Shown: piece after piece, positions 63,580 to 64,000 of the stretch
Numbering within the stretch: position 1 is the first letter of the stretch
How the letters are laid out: each line of letters starts with the position of its first letter
Assembly: GCA_963788195.1 (NCBI GenBank)
Contig: CAWBGA010000002.1
Location: forward strand, 128,001 to 192,000
Direction of reading: 5' to 3'
DNA from: Nitrospirota bacterium
GTDB taxonomy: Bacteria; Nitrospirota; Nitrospiria; Nitrospirales; NS-4
DNA length: 64,000 nt
Position numbers and translations under genes: made by a program
The notes under the pieces: model-generated
Told to the model about the DNA's origin: nothing
The model's database searches: none
Seen by the model: the letters and a program-made list of their open reading frames with translations, nothing else

Positions 63580-63650
63580 CCACGGGACAAGCGCCTGTCT
63601 TGGCGGGCGCAGGGTTGGGCGGGTGAAATGGTCGACCCGGCCGAGTGTAA
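63580..63650 (-). repeat. Mosaic repeat copy
   Basis: CACGGGACAAGCGCCTGTCTTGGCGGGCGCAGGGTTGGGCGGGTGAAATG. Confidence 0.75.
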
Positions 63651-63657
63651 TTAGCCA

Positions 63658-64000
63658 ATGCTAGCAAAGCGCATCATTCCATGCCTCGACGTGAAAGCCG
63701 GCCGGGTCGTCAAAGGGGTTCAATTCGTCGAACTCAAAGACGCCGGTGATCCCGTTGAAGCAGCCAGGGCGTACGATGCGGACGGAGCTGATGAGCTGTG
63801 TTTTCTGGACATCACGGCCTCGCATGAAGAGCGCAAGATTCTTCTGGATGTCGTCAGCCGCACGGCGGAGCAGGTTTTCATGCCTCTCACCGTCGGCGGC
63901 GGGGTCCGAACGCTCGACGATATCCGCATTCTTCTCAAAGCAGGCGCCGACAAGGTCAGCATTAACACTGCGGCGGTACAGCGTCCGGAATTCGTGAAGG
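63658..64000 (+). CDS. hisF: Imidazole glycerol phosphate synthase cyclase subunit; runs off the window end
   Basis: [58 protein letters not shown]. Confidence 0.97.
   Translation, partial: MLAKRIIPCLDVKAGRVVKGVQFVELKDAGDPVEAARAYDADGADELCFLDITASHEERKILLDVVSRTAEQVFMPLTVGGGVRTLDDIRILLKAGADKVSINTAAVQRPEFVK

Overview
Bacterial chromosomal window, GC-rich overall with AT-richer patches. Gene order and protein style suggest Nitrospirota (inference only). Left arm: ECF sigma/anti-sigma(DUF4384)/VIT locus, PHP hydrolase, two tRNA-Ser, a P-type ATPase, serS, rph-rdgB-tRNA-Pro, a hybrid kinase, pirin and tRNA-Arg. Right arm: ispH-mutY-mutT ... rho-rpmE-prfA-prmC-murA-hisGDBH-(lipoprotein)-hisA-hisF. 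Between them (about 21.05-47 kb, starting right after tRNA-Arg) lies an accessory region. It holds (i) a kaiC-kaiB operon whose third gene is an in-frame PAS::Crp/Fnr fusion; (ii) seven copies of a 16-bp motif TGAGCAATATTGAACA, six of them 21-23 bp upstream of a -10-like hexamer, the class II CRP/FNR geometry; (iii) three or four unannotated paralogous 38-52 aa ORFs behind these motifs; (iv) two tandem 57-aa membrane peptides plus DUF3309 and YtxH genes; (v) an operon with a split, miniature copper-amine-oxidase-like pair and a C25/caspase-like protease; (vi) a heavily frameshifted SF1 helicase-nuclease. A mosaic intergenic repeat family occurs at nine or more sites. Many single-base indels, including in hisA and prmC, suggest uncorrected long-read errors, so frameshifts should not be read as pseudogenes by default. 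All family calls come from motif recognition by eye, with no database searches.
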